DNA of 64,000 bases from Leptogorgia sarmentosa (lineage: Eukaryota), in assembly GCA_964658305.1 (NCBI GenBank), contig OZ210885.1, positions 12,586,001-12,650,000 on the forward strand, read 5' to 3'. Below, one piece after another: positions 12,165-23,154 of this stretch (positions are counted from its first letter, which is position 1; each line of letters starts with the position of its first letter). Made by a program: the position numbers and the translations under genes. The notes below the pieces were generated by a model. The model did not search any database and had not been told where the DNA came from. It was given only the letters and a program-made list of their open reading frames with translations.

Positions 12165-13770
12165 AAAGTGATCCAATCAATGGGAAACAGATCTTATGGG
12201 AGGGATTTGTTTCCATACAATTGTGATTAAACTGAATAGTTATTCTCAGATTTTCACCCTTAATTGGCGCGTGCTTTTGACCTGTAAGCCATCCTAATAT
12301 TCCAGCTGGTGTAAGATCTGCAGACTGAAAGCATTCTTGATGTTCACTCCCACATGCCACGCTTTCGTCTTGTTCATCTTGGTTTTTCCATGCAATTGCT
12401 TCACTGTACCCAGATACTTTGTTGTCTTATAGCTGTATTAGAAAATCTTGAAAGCAATCCACAATTTGCTCTTCGATATGCCGTCGGGATGTTCCTTCCG
12501 GAGAATGAACAGGACTGAAAAGGGAAACCACGTAATTGGCATCCTCTTTACCTCGATTAGTATTTACGAATGCTTCTTTGAAAATGCTAGGATGTTGAGT
12601 GACATTGGCGGCGACGCAAATTTTTTTTTCCGGAGACAGTCGGTAGCATCCTTGATGGTCGGTAGCATCATCGACTTTTTATTCGGGAAATTTTCGACTG
12701 TAGTTAAACTCCATTTATTTTTACGAAATAAGCCAAACCCAAACGGTAAACCTGACCCTAACCTTATAACAGTCTAACCCTTAACACTATGAAGCGAGAA
12801 AAAATGTCTTCAATTAGAAATTTTTGAAAAAAATAAACAAGTCTTCCGGCGAAAAGAAATTCCAGCCCCACCGCGCTTCGGTTTGTTGTGTGCTGCGCTC
12901 CTTACCGAAAGCGCTAGCAGCCAGCTTGCCGAAAGTTTACCGTAAGCAAACAACTTTATATTAGGCTGCGACTTTGTGACTGCCGGTCACATGTAAATGA
13001 TGCTACCGACCATCAAGGATGCTACCGACTGTCTACAGAAAAAAAATTAGCGGCGGCGACGTCAAAAAGTTCCAGTCCTTTGAGAAACTCAGACAAATAT
13101 AACAATCTTCTGCTTATCATACTAATCATAACTGTTCCTATGATAGCGTCCACGTTATCGGCATTAATTATACCAGTATATCCATGCTCAATAATGAATT
13201 CATCATGACTGGTTGGTTCCTCGCGAATAGAATCAAGTTGCTGCTTCTCCGTCAGTGTAAAACGTTGATCGACTTTCAAATCGTTCATGTCCACAGCCTT
13301 TGGATTCACGAGCATATTGAACACACATTCGTCTAAAAAAGCCGGCGGGGGTCCTCCTTCGACGATGCTAACTGCCGCTATTTGGCCACATGTTTTAAAG
13401 CTGCCATTATGAACGTTAAGCATGGAGTCAGCGGGACTTCCATTAGGAAAAATTGTTTTTCCCATCTCATCTATGGTCTGAGTCAAAAACTCTTTGGACA
13501 AAGCACCATAATCTATACCCAGCTCCCCCGTAAAACATACACGAAGAGTTTTTTCTGGTGATTTCTTTGTAGCTTGTCGCTGCCACATACTCAGCTTTCT
13601 AGACAATGTTGCATTTCTTCTTATGACTAGAAAAAACTGATTAGAATCATCTACTTTCCTTGCCATAGCTCGAATCAAATCAGTGAGATTTGATTCAATG
13701 TTCACTTCATCGATATTCACTACTTCGGGCAGTGATACGTCATCTTGCTTATCATCTTGTAAATCTTCTG
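12165..13770 (-). pseudogene. G2E3-like HECT-domain E3 ubiquitin ligase pseudogene, interrupted by a MITE
   Basis: LRVCFTGELGIDYGALSKEFL..FKTCGQIAAVSIVEGGPPPAFL..FLKGLELF. The frame resumes below 12606 (QHPSIFKEAF..EEQIVDCFQDFL..ILGWLTG..ICFPLIGS) with an in-frame TAA, and is truncated before the catalytic Cys. Confidence 0.85.
12607..13060. mobile_element. ~450-bp TIR non-autonomous element inserted in the HECT gene
   Basis: agacagtcggtagcatccttgatggtcggtagcatcat at ~12634-12671 is inverted at ~12997-13034. The element splits the HECT frame. Confidence 0.8.
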
Positions 13771-14358
13771 CGTTAAAAATATATATATATATATATAAAA
13801 AATTTAAAAATATATTTACGTGTGACACACGGACTTTTCTCAGCGTCTACATTTGCTCTTTTGGGAGTCACTAAGGATTAAATAAAGTATAAACATTTTG
13901 TAAATATTAATATTAATATTATATTAAACATAATCGATATTTACATAATAATATTGATCTCAAACTGTCCCATTTCAGAAAGAAAACAATTTGTAAATAA
14001 TAATACACTTACCAACACCACATTTAAAACAATATTTCGCTTCGCTCGAGATTGAAGTCCCACAATTTTGGCAAAACATCTCGACGTTTTGTTACTTTGG
14101 TAAAATGCCCTGAATTGGGTGGTGATAAATCGCGAATATTTTAGCATGACTAGAATGTCTTTTGACGCATTCTACCGGAAGTACAACTGTTAAGACCATT
14201 GCGTCATAAGTAGAAAGCATTACGGGTACGGCAGTTGCCCACAGTTGCCTACAATGTTGCAGTGTTGTAAAAAATATTGTGTATATATCTGTTAATCCGT
14301 GCGAGGTTATTCAGTTTATTACATGTCGAAATTATGACGAAATCCGAACGATTATCAA

Positions 14359-14459
14359 AGCGAGTGTTTTGCTTTTGACGCGAGTTTTTTGCTTTTGACG
14401 CGAGTGTTTTGCTCTTGACGCGAGTGTTTTGCTCTTGACGCGAGTGTTTTGCTCTTGAC
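14359..14459. repeat. 20-bp tandem repeat (GACGCGAGTGTTTTGCTCTT) x ~5
   Basis: Read directly from the sequence. Confidence 0.9.
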
Positions 14460-14890
14460 CAGAATGAGTTGCGTTTGACAAGACTGGTTTGCAAATGACA
14501 TGACAGTTGTGGACCACCGTAGAAAATGACCTGGAAATGTAGAAAAATGACCTGGTGTAGTCTCTACATCTGTAGGTGGTACTTACCAATACAAGCAACA
14601 TCAGGCAGTGTAAATTGGTGCATTTCAATATTGGGAACCTGTAGTTGAAATAAAGCTTTTTTTACATGAAAAAGTAATATAAAGTAATATAGAGACGTAA
14701 ATAAGTCGTTAATCCCGAGCCACGGCGCGAAGCGCCGTCCGGGCGGTCATACTAAATACCGTCAACTACCGTCAACCACCGTGAACATGTCGATAAATAC
14801 CGTCAACAAGCGACAACAAGCAGCAAATACCGTCAACAAGCAGAAAATTCCGTAAATTTATATATCTAAACATGTTTAAATCTTAATTAA

Positions 14891-15225
14891 CTAAATTCGA
14901 TAAATTGGGTGGTTCTTGTAGTATGCGAAGTTTAACACCAGTTCTACGCAGGTGCGGACTCTCAGCTCGCATGACAATGTTTCATCACCTTGAATTGCGA
15001 CCGAAACTGAGTTGAACAGGCAATTACCATCGCCTTTCACATGGACTGGTACTCGGGATACCGTTCCACATAAGTTGATCACAGACTGGGAATACTCGTG
15101 AATCTTGTTGCTGGTTGGTAAATCCGATTGCTTCCTTTGATTCGGCTGCTTGAGGGGATGATTCTTAAGTAGAATCGACTCCAGGATCGCGGAATGGCGA
15201 AGATTCTTTTCATTTGGTAAAAAAA
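14891..15225 (-). pseudogene. OTU-like (vertnin-type) cysteine protease exon, truncated
   Basis: VPVHVKGDGNCLFNSVSVAIQGDETLSCELRVRTCVELV contains the OTU GDGNCLF motif. The frame is open from an acceptor at ~15226. The C-terminal His region is absent. Confidence 0.75.
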
Positions 15226-15918
15226 CCTAACAAATATAAAATGCGTAACAAAGGCAATGGGATGTTTAAGATGTTGATGGAAGGTTAAGTTTCGTGAATA
15301 TTGGGATAGCGTGTGAAGGCATTTCTTCTTGCTGGTCTTGTCGAGATTTTCAAAGTGACCATGAGGTTTGCGCTCTGATTTCAAAAAATCGTGGACGTCT
15401 TGCACAGAAGCCTCAAGCCTACACAGAATTAATACATGAAAATGTTTAGTGTAAAGAAACAAGAAAACATAGTTGTTTGCAAACAACAACACTACAATCT
15501 ATAACAATTGATATTGCCAGTAGAGTAAAGTTATAGACTTATAGTGTACTACGCGATCTAAGTGAGTGACACTGAGAGGAGACTTTACTCGAACATACCT
15601 TATATTTAGCGATGTTCACTCCAGATTCCAGACTGACCGGATGTCAATCATGCGCACACCTTGCGCATGTGCAGAACTACAATAGCAAAACCATTGCTAT
15701 TATACTGGCTCTATCCTTATCCATTCTTTTGGTGTTTTCTGTATTTAAGTCTTTGTTGTCATGATCTTGCTTTTGCACAAAAAAATGATTTTGCTGATCA
15801 TGTTTAAAGTGTAGCAATTTCCTAAAACTTACTCTGATTTATTATTTGAAGGTGTTTGGTGAAAATGTTCGGCATCTTGTAGAATATAAACATTATAACA
15901 AAAGAATTGGGCAACTTT

Positions 15919-15989
15919 GCGTTGGTGGTTCAGTGGTAGAATTCTCGCCTGCCACGCGGGAGACCGGGGTTCGATTCCCCGCTAACGCA
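15919..15989 (+). tRNA. trnG: tRNA-Gly(GCC)
   Basis: gcgttggtggttcagtggtagaattctcgcctGCCacgcgggagaccggggttcgattccccgctaacgca forms a complete cloverleaf. Confidence 0.85.
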
Positions 15990-16079
15990 GATTATTTTCA
16001 TTTTGTTGCATTTCAATTTCAACTGCAACACGAGAAACAAACTGGCTTTGTAACATAGGAATAGTCAACAAGTTATCAC

Positions 16080-16151
16080 TCCAATGTGGTCTAGTGGTTA
16101 GGATCTGGCGTTTTCACCGCCATGGCCCGGGTTCGATTTTCTGGGTGGGAA
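16080..16151 (+). pseudogene. trnE: tRNA-Glu(TTC), degenerate
   Basis: Glu body with mismatched acceptor and T stems. Confidence 0.7.
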
Positions 16152-16193
16152 TTTTTTCTGAAAATTTCAACCAAACCATTTTAACAGCGCTAC

Positions 16194-16247
16194 GACCTTG
16201 TGGCGCAATTGGTAGCGCGTCTGACTTCAGATCAGAAGGTTAAGTGT
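16194..16247 (+). pseudogene. 3'-truncated tRNA-Trp-derived gene with TCA anticodon
   Basis: gaccttgtggcgcaattggtagcgcgtctgactTCAgatcagaagg, with the T arm and 3' acceptor strand missing. Confidence 0.75.
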
Positions 16248-17272
16248 CTGAAGACAATTTTTGCTTTGCATAGCGCGGCCGCTATGTTTGTTTTGTTTTG
16301 ATGCAAACTGTAGCTTGAACTCTAATTTGATTGGTTCAAAGTAATAACATAATATTGCACTGTGATTTGGGATTAACTGCACAGAAATGAGCCAATCACA
16401 GTCGAGTAATACTTTTATATATATTATCAAGAAAGAAACACCCAAAAGAATCCATTTTATTCCCAAGCAGGGAATTGGCAGCAGTAGTCTTTGTGTTCGT
16501 GCCTGTTTGCGGGGCCCTCTAGGGCGTAACGCTAAGGCGGTGGTCTTTACTTCCAACCTTGCTGCGTGCTTCTGTTGTTAGGTTGAGGTGCTTGACTGAA
16601 ACCTGACGTCTCAGTTCCTCTTATCTTTTGTCTGTGTTTTGAGAAATCAGTAGATCCTTGTTTGGCACGCATAGTGTGGGCCATAGCGTACTCAGCCAAC
16701 AGTTAAGTTGTTTCGAGACTGGGATATTAGAAAAACAAGCGTGTTGTAGGAACACACTTTTTGTCCCCTATAACAACACGCCACATTTTAGCCAAATTCC
16801 ACTATAGTAGGAAGTGTATTCCTACTATATTTAACTACTACTACTATTGAAGCGTGTTGTTACGACTGTAACAACACGTCTGAGAATAATGGCGTGTTGT
16901 TAATAACACGCCAGGAACCCCGTAAGAACACGGCGGTGTGTTATAGATTTAGCCTGTTGCTAGCTCGGGTGTGTTGTCGGAACACACACCTGCTGCAGGC
17001 GTGTCGATATAGGGGACAAGTTGGTGTGTTGCAAAAACGACACACTACCCGTGTTGCGAAGTACACATCTTGCGTGTCCTATCACATTCTTGAAGAAACA
17101 CGCCACGCGTGTCGCGGTCAAGATGTTCACATTGGCTATGGAAATAAACAAGAAATTAATACACAAAAGAATTGGAAGAACACATATGATTTCAGTGAGT
17201 ATAAATCTCAGTATTATCAAACAAAGATAGTCATAGAATTGACAAACACAAATAACCTTCATAGCTAGTTTT

Positions 17273-18941
17273 TTATACGTCAAAACAAAATCCAACTGAC
17301 TTCAATCTTCCGTATAGTGTCTGCAGCTTGCTGCAACGGGGTTTTTGTTGCACTTTTCTTGACTTGCATCCTTGGGGACGGGAATTTTGGATAATACTGT
17401 TGGCACCTTTTCCCAATAATACGCAATCTTCCAGTTGGCCCGGAGTTATATCCAGGTCTTGAAATAACTTGACAAAAGAAATATCACCATCATTGAACTT
17501 CAAAATGGCCAGGTAGGTGGCAAGAGCCACTGTCTCTTGCTCAACATAAATGGACTTGGGGCATCTATTCCAGATCAGGTTGTTCAAGCATTCATTGACG
17601 TTCTGCGTCAAGCCATGCGTACACTTGCTCAATAGTTCAGGCTTACTGAGGTCTTTGTAGATGGGCTTGATCAGATCAACAATACAGCCTGTGATTCCAT
17701 TTTTATGTTTATATCCCTCCTTGTCTTTCTGATATCCACACCAACTGTCTTCTCCTTCTGGGCATAGATGATGCTGTGGATTCTTATCAGTCAGCCTACC
17801 TTTACCAGACAAACCTTTTTTCCATCAGCCAATGTCAACCCTTTGTTGGAACTCTTCAGCTTACGCAGACGTCTTCCAACCCTCTTTTGTACATGGCCAA
17901 TGCATTCTAATTTGTTTGGAATGCAATCCTCTCCATATGGCTGGCTCTCAACAATGCTATTATAAGTTGAGGAATCCCCATCTCCAAGCATGTTTGCATA
18001 TTTCAGCCCTCTTGTAGCCAGTGACCGTTCAAAAATCCGAACAGCACCAGTTGTTTCCATGCTTCCTGCACTTCCTTCATGATTGATCTTGCAGATGTGT
18101 GATGCTTTCCATGCACTGTAACTTGGATCATTAGTCCTTTTTCCCCACTTTTGGCACTAGCTAATTGCACTTGTCTGACAACACTTCCACGTCAAGACAT
18201 TTCTTGGTATCCAAAGAGATCACAGTAACGACCCCGTTGTGGGACGAATATCCTCTCTTCTGCCAAGTACCATCGATCGACACTCCACATTCTCTGTCAT
18301 CATTTGCACTTTCATCTCTGACTTTGTAAGCATTGTTTAGCATACTATCAGTAGCCAACCTCTTTACGACTGGCAAAACCTTTTCATTTTGTATCTTTGT
18401 AAACACACGGCGGGTTGGTGGTGAAGGCATATTCATGATCTTGTTGAACATTGTCATGCCAGTATGACCTTTCCCAATTTCTCTGAAAGCTCCATATTCA
18501 CACTCCATATTTTTACATTGCAAAACAATGTAATGGGAAAATCCACATTTCTTTTTCATATCAACATGTGCCTCGATATTACATTGACAATCCGGGCATT
18601 TCAAAACCGGGCATGGTCAAATAGCAAAATATTTATATAGCTGCATATAATGCTGCATGCATCGCATTGTCGACGTTGAAAAAATGAAATGCAGGTTTTT
18701 TTTTGTCCCGTTTACAGAGGACATACTGTAACATTACGCCATTCTCACAGCGCTTCATTTCTATGGAACGTTTTCAGCTTTACAGGAATTACAAAATAAC
18801 TTAAACATGGTCGGATAATAACTGACGCTTTTGAGAACTTGGCTCAATTTCTCACAAAACCTGTGAGATCTAGCGAAGTGATGAAACTGCTTTCCCATGT
18901 CGAAATTTGAATTCAGTTACAATTCAGTTATAAAGCTGCCT
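17273..18941 (-). mobile_element. Decayed Kolobok-type DNA transposon (transposase often labelled Mutator-like)
   Basis: SIDGTWQKRGYSSHNG..LGDGDSS..KLECIGHVQKR..GKGRLT..CPEGEDSWC..TQNVNECLN motifs with stops, frameshifts and deletions. A TTAA|AGG terminus lies at 18941-18945. Confidence 0.8.
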
Positions 18942-19056
18942 TTAAAACAACAAAACAGCATCTGTCTGTATGAATGAGTTGGCATCGAGACTAATCGGAC
19001 TAATTTCCACAGAATTTATTTCATATCAATACTAAACTTCCTTTCTCAATCTAACC

Positions 19057-19500
19057 TTATTCTTTGTTTTTTAAAAAATTCCTTATTTGCCTTTTTGTTG
19101 AAGTCTGAAGTTTTGAGTCATCGTCAAGTTCAACGTCTGACAAGTAAATGCACTCCTTTGGCAGTTCATCTACCCAAGGCTTTCTATAATTAAGCCATGG
19201 GGTCCACTTTTTACTTGTTCCAGGAACCTTTGCAATAATGTATTTTGATCGATTTTTCCAACTTTTCAATGACCTTCCCGATGACAGGGACACTTGAATT
19301 TTCTATTGCCACAGCAACAAAACTGTGCACATGTTGCCAGATGTCATCTACTTCTGGCAACTTATCCTCAGGTGGTCTATAGATACCACTGTAAATCTTC
19401 AAGTCGTCTAGAAGCCACGTCTTTGCTTGTTCTTTGTTAGCCGAATATATCTCTGACGAATATTGTCTCTAATTCTTAAAATCTTTCCAATGGATCGATT
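19057..19500 (-). pseudogene. Decayed C-terminal fragment paralogous to 1777-2440
   Basis: TWLLDDLKIYSGIY..VPVIGKV..IHYCKGSW..KPWVDELPKEC..KRQIRNFLK, frameshifted. Confidence 0.45.
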
Positions 19501-21304
19501 TTCGCAATACCTGCCGATCAACTGAAATTCCAAATTTACGCCATTGCAAACAACTTATTCTCTAATAACTATGTGATGGTTTCGATGTTTCTAGGACATT
19601 TTGCCACAGTAGCTTTTCATGCTAATTCTTTAATTATGGTGTGGTCTCAACATTTTGCGGACAACTTTATCATTCTTATGTTATTTAAAGATATATCCTA
19701 TATATTGTTTTGCAATGTTTTTCTGGGTGTTTTTCAATGATTATGTTGCTGTTGCAAATATTATGCAATTATTGGACACAAAGGAAGCCAACATCAACGT
19801 CTTTCTTGCTAGTGGCATCACGACAGCGAATGGTCTGGCTTTTTACGATCAGTGCTGCCTTTTTAATAGTGTAACCAATCTTGAGGGCACTCGATGGGGC
19901 CTTATACTGGTTTAGATGGTTTCTGTCCTTTTGCCTTCAAGCCGCTGACCGTGCATCCGCACGGCCTTTAAAGAGGAAATCCAACATCTCCGGCTTCACT
20001 GCATCCTTCAACTGCATGAAAGATTTCGTTGTTCTCCATTTCCGTGATCTTTTTGGATGGTGGTTAGTCCTTCGTTTCATATCATTGTTCGCCAGAATGA
20101 ACGCAGTCGTGGTGAGGAGTGCTGGTGCGAAATAGCCAATGGAACTGCCAACCAAGATTGCCTTGTTTCGGAAAAATGTTACGACGTCTTCTGGAAAAAG
20201 CCTTGAATTGGAATAGTGTTTTCTCGAAACGCGCCTTTCAAGGGATGTCCAAGTACTTTCGTGCTGTCGAGCGACATTTGTGGAAGGATTAATGGCCATG
20301 GTCTTTATATTTGAACGTGGAGTATAAGGTAGAGAGACTTGTATACGGAGTGCTTCTCACAACTTGCCGTGAGCGGTATGATAGAACTATTTAATCCTTG
20401 GCGTTTAAGTAATAGTGATAACAAAGAAATGATTGGCAACTGTTGATAGACGAGGTGAGATGTTGAAGACAAATTGAGACAGTGATAATCGCTGTCATGG
20501 ATGACATTTTCGTACAGACAAGTATGACACAGAAAAACCCGTCAGTTTTTGTTCAGTAATTTTACCTATTCTCTGATTTAAAAAAAGCCTACCAACCAAA
20601 AAATCATTGTGTATATAATTAATTTGTTATATGCTGTGCTGTGGGGATGTTACTCCATGACGATGATACCTATTTTTTACTTGTCTAATGCCAGACGATT
20701 TTACTGGTCAATGGGGAAGCTCTGCAGCCTAATGGATTAAGCAACCTGGAAGATTTAACTGTATATTTCATTTTACATTAGTGATTTACATTTTTAATTT
20801 GGTTTGTAAGCATGAAGTTGCACTGTTGCAGAACAATTAGGACTACTTGAACTTGATGACGACTTCTTCTCTCCTGAATTTAGAGCTGCCCGTTTGCAAA
20901 TCATTCCATATCCAGAATTTGTGGAGCCAGCTGAGTGCTCAACTGCCTTTGTTTATCTTAAAACAAACTCTCAAATGCCTAATTCTGAATAACTTTGAAG
21001 TTCGTTACCAGTACTATTGCGCGTCTTTTTTATGAATAGGAATTTTTCCATGCATGTTCCAATACTCCCTGAGGTTAGGCAGACCCACTATAGGATTGAC
21101 CTTTTAAATTACAATATGTTTCTTCTCAATTTCAATATCTGTCTGTGTAGAAATGTGCCTTGTTAATTTCTTGTCAATTGCCCCTCAGTCAAACAATTTC
21201 TTGATGCCTAAAACACACAGGGTTGTCTGCTCACAGGGGGTGAAAATAAGTGAATGTTGATGTTAATGGTAATATGTAATCAATCCACATGTTAAGGATT
21301 GAAA

Positions 21305-21712
21305 AAACATCCGCTAGGTATTGGACTTGTCTCCACTTGCGACGTGAGTAATTATCATTCTCTGTAAAGATACCAGGGGACAATTCTGGTTCCTTTCGCA
21401 GCAGCAGCAGGTGATTTGGTGTGAGGGCTTCGAGGTCTTGGGGATCGTCAGATACCTTCGTATCGGTCGGCCGTTCATGATCGCTTCGACTTCGCACATG
21501 AGTGCACGCAATCGTTCGTCGTTCATTATTTGTTCCCTCGTAATTGCGTTCAGAACTTTCCTTAATGTACGAATATATCGCTCCCAGCCTCCCAGACACC
21601 CCGTGGTGAGATAATCTGGGTTGGTTGAAAACCCATTTAACATTCCTTTGCGTCAAGAACTGGTTCCACGAGTCTATTGACTTTCTCAGCTCTCTTTCTC
21701 CGCCAACAAAGG
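21305..21712 (-). mobile_element. Old BEL/Pao integrase C-terminal fragment
   Basis: FVGGERELR..WERYIRT..EVEAIMNGRP..LTPNHLL..WRQVQYLADVF, frameshifted. Confidence 0.85.
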
Positions 21713-22105
21713 TAGGTAGGTAAGTAAAACTTTATTTCAACACGTTAGCCACTTAAGTGGGACGTGCTTATTTACAAAATTACTACTGCATACAAACATT
21801 CTTTAAAAAATATACTGTTAGCTATATAAGTTAATTATTAGGTATTAGTCAGGCTGGCATTGGAAATTTAATTATTAAATATGGTCAGAGATTCACTATT
21901 CCTTACGTGTTCAGGTAAGGTCCTCTAAAACTAAAACATTTTTTGCGATATTCAGTTTCCGGACGCGGAAGATAATGAGCAGTGTCGATCGGACCCTGGT
22001 AAATTATAGTGATGAATACTATTAGACATAATTAGAATGTCGCGTAGTTTTGTTGGTGCCATGTTATGCAAAATCTTATACATATGTCTGGCTATGATTT
22101 TAGAT
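21713..22105 (-). mobile_element. 3' end of a CR1/L2-group LINE
   Basis: MYKILHNMAP..HHYNL..LPRPETEY C-terminal motif, then AATAAA and a (CTAC)-like tail. Confidence 0.65.
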
Positions 22106-22543
22106 GGGCCCTTTTTCCTTGAAGGGTTTTCCATCCAAGAATACCACGGGCCAAAACTGATGGACCATGCTCGTTTTTGCAATTCATTATGATTCTGGCA
22201 CATCTGTTATGAAGCTTCTGCAATCGGTTTGAAATTTATGTTATGCAAAGTCTTTAAAATTTTGGCCTCGAATGTAAACATGAATTCTTTGGGGAAAAAC
22301 TCAATGAGAGGAGATTCGGTTCTCGGTGGTGGTGGCGGAGTGTTTGAAGTGACAGATTCAAGGTCCAAGTTTTCCATCTACACAATCAACGAAAATAAGT
22401 CGCGTTTTTTATTGTGTCAAGGTTATGAAACATGCCAAGAATGATTTTCTATTTGAATGTAATATTGAAAAAATAGAGGTCCTCGAATTGATTATAGCTG
22501 CGTTTGAAATAACATGTACGTAATTAACCTAGTAGAGAACACA

Positions 22544-22615
22544 GGGAGTGTAGCTGAGTGGTAGAGCATTCGACTGCAGATCGAGAGGTCGGTGGTTCAA
22601 ATCCGCCCACTCCTT
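22544..22615 (+). tRNA. trnC: tRNA-Cys(GCA)
   Basis: gggagtgtagctgagtggtagagcattcgactGCAgatcgagaggtcggtggttcaaatccgcccactcctt, with one D-stem mismatch. Confidence 0.8.
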
Positions 22616-22839
22616 ATCAAACCTATAAACTGGAAAACTTGCAAATTCTTTAAAGCGGCCAGATGTGAAATATGCGACCAAAACGGTTAAGATGCATATA
22701 CTACGATTCTTGTTACATATATCCACTGATACTTGAAAACGATTAATCATAAACAATGACTATATTTGAATTTTCGTTCGAGTAACAGTTTTTTAGACAA
22801 GGATTTGGCTGAGTAACAATGGCAACCGTGCATATGAAG

Positions 22840-23083
22840 TGTTATCCAGACCTGACTAAAAACTCTTTTTATACATTTAACAGAAACGTAAAATAACTTT
22901 AAAACATAAAATAACCCAAAAAGCAATGCTAGAATGGTTTAACTTACGATAGCCGAACGTTCGGTAAGAGACCTCGTGTTCTTCCCCCTTAACCCTGTTG
23001 CCTAGCAACCTATTTTCCCCCACAGCTGCCCCAGAACATATTATTTACAATAAAACCCAAATATGAACGTTCTCTTCATAACA
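22840..23083 (-). repeat. 3' LTR of the BEL/Pao element (244 bp)
   Basis: Matches 29267-29514 except for 2 substitutions and a 4-bp indel, seen by eye. Confidence 0.95.
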
Positions 23084-23154
23084 TCCCCCCTCCCCGCACT
23101 ACGCAGAGTGCGCATTTTAGTCTAATTTTTGAAACAGCTAGTTCCGTTCTAGAG

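Noticed and set aside
16194..16247. tRNA-Sec or a functional opal suppressor
   Set aside because: Trp-type body with no long variable arm; the T arm and 3' acceptor strand are missing.
16730..17120. Cluster of short acacg/cgtgt motifs (a similar aaacg cluster lies at 2780-3030)
   Set aside because: Probably subterminal repeats of CACTA-like non-autonomous elements, but no matching pair of termini or TSD could be established.
19937..20299. 120-aa ORF, possibly a mobile-element helicase/DUF fragment
   Set aside because: No motif I can identify with confidence; needs an HMM search.
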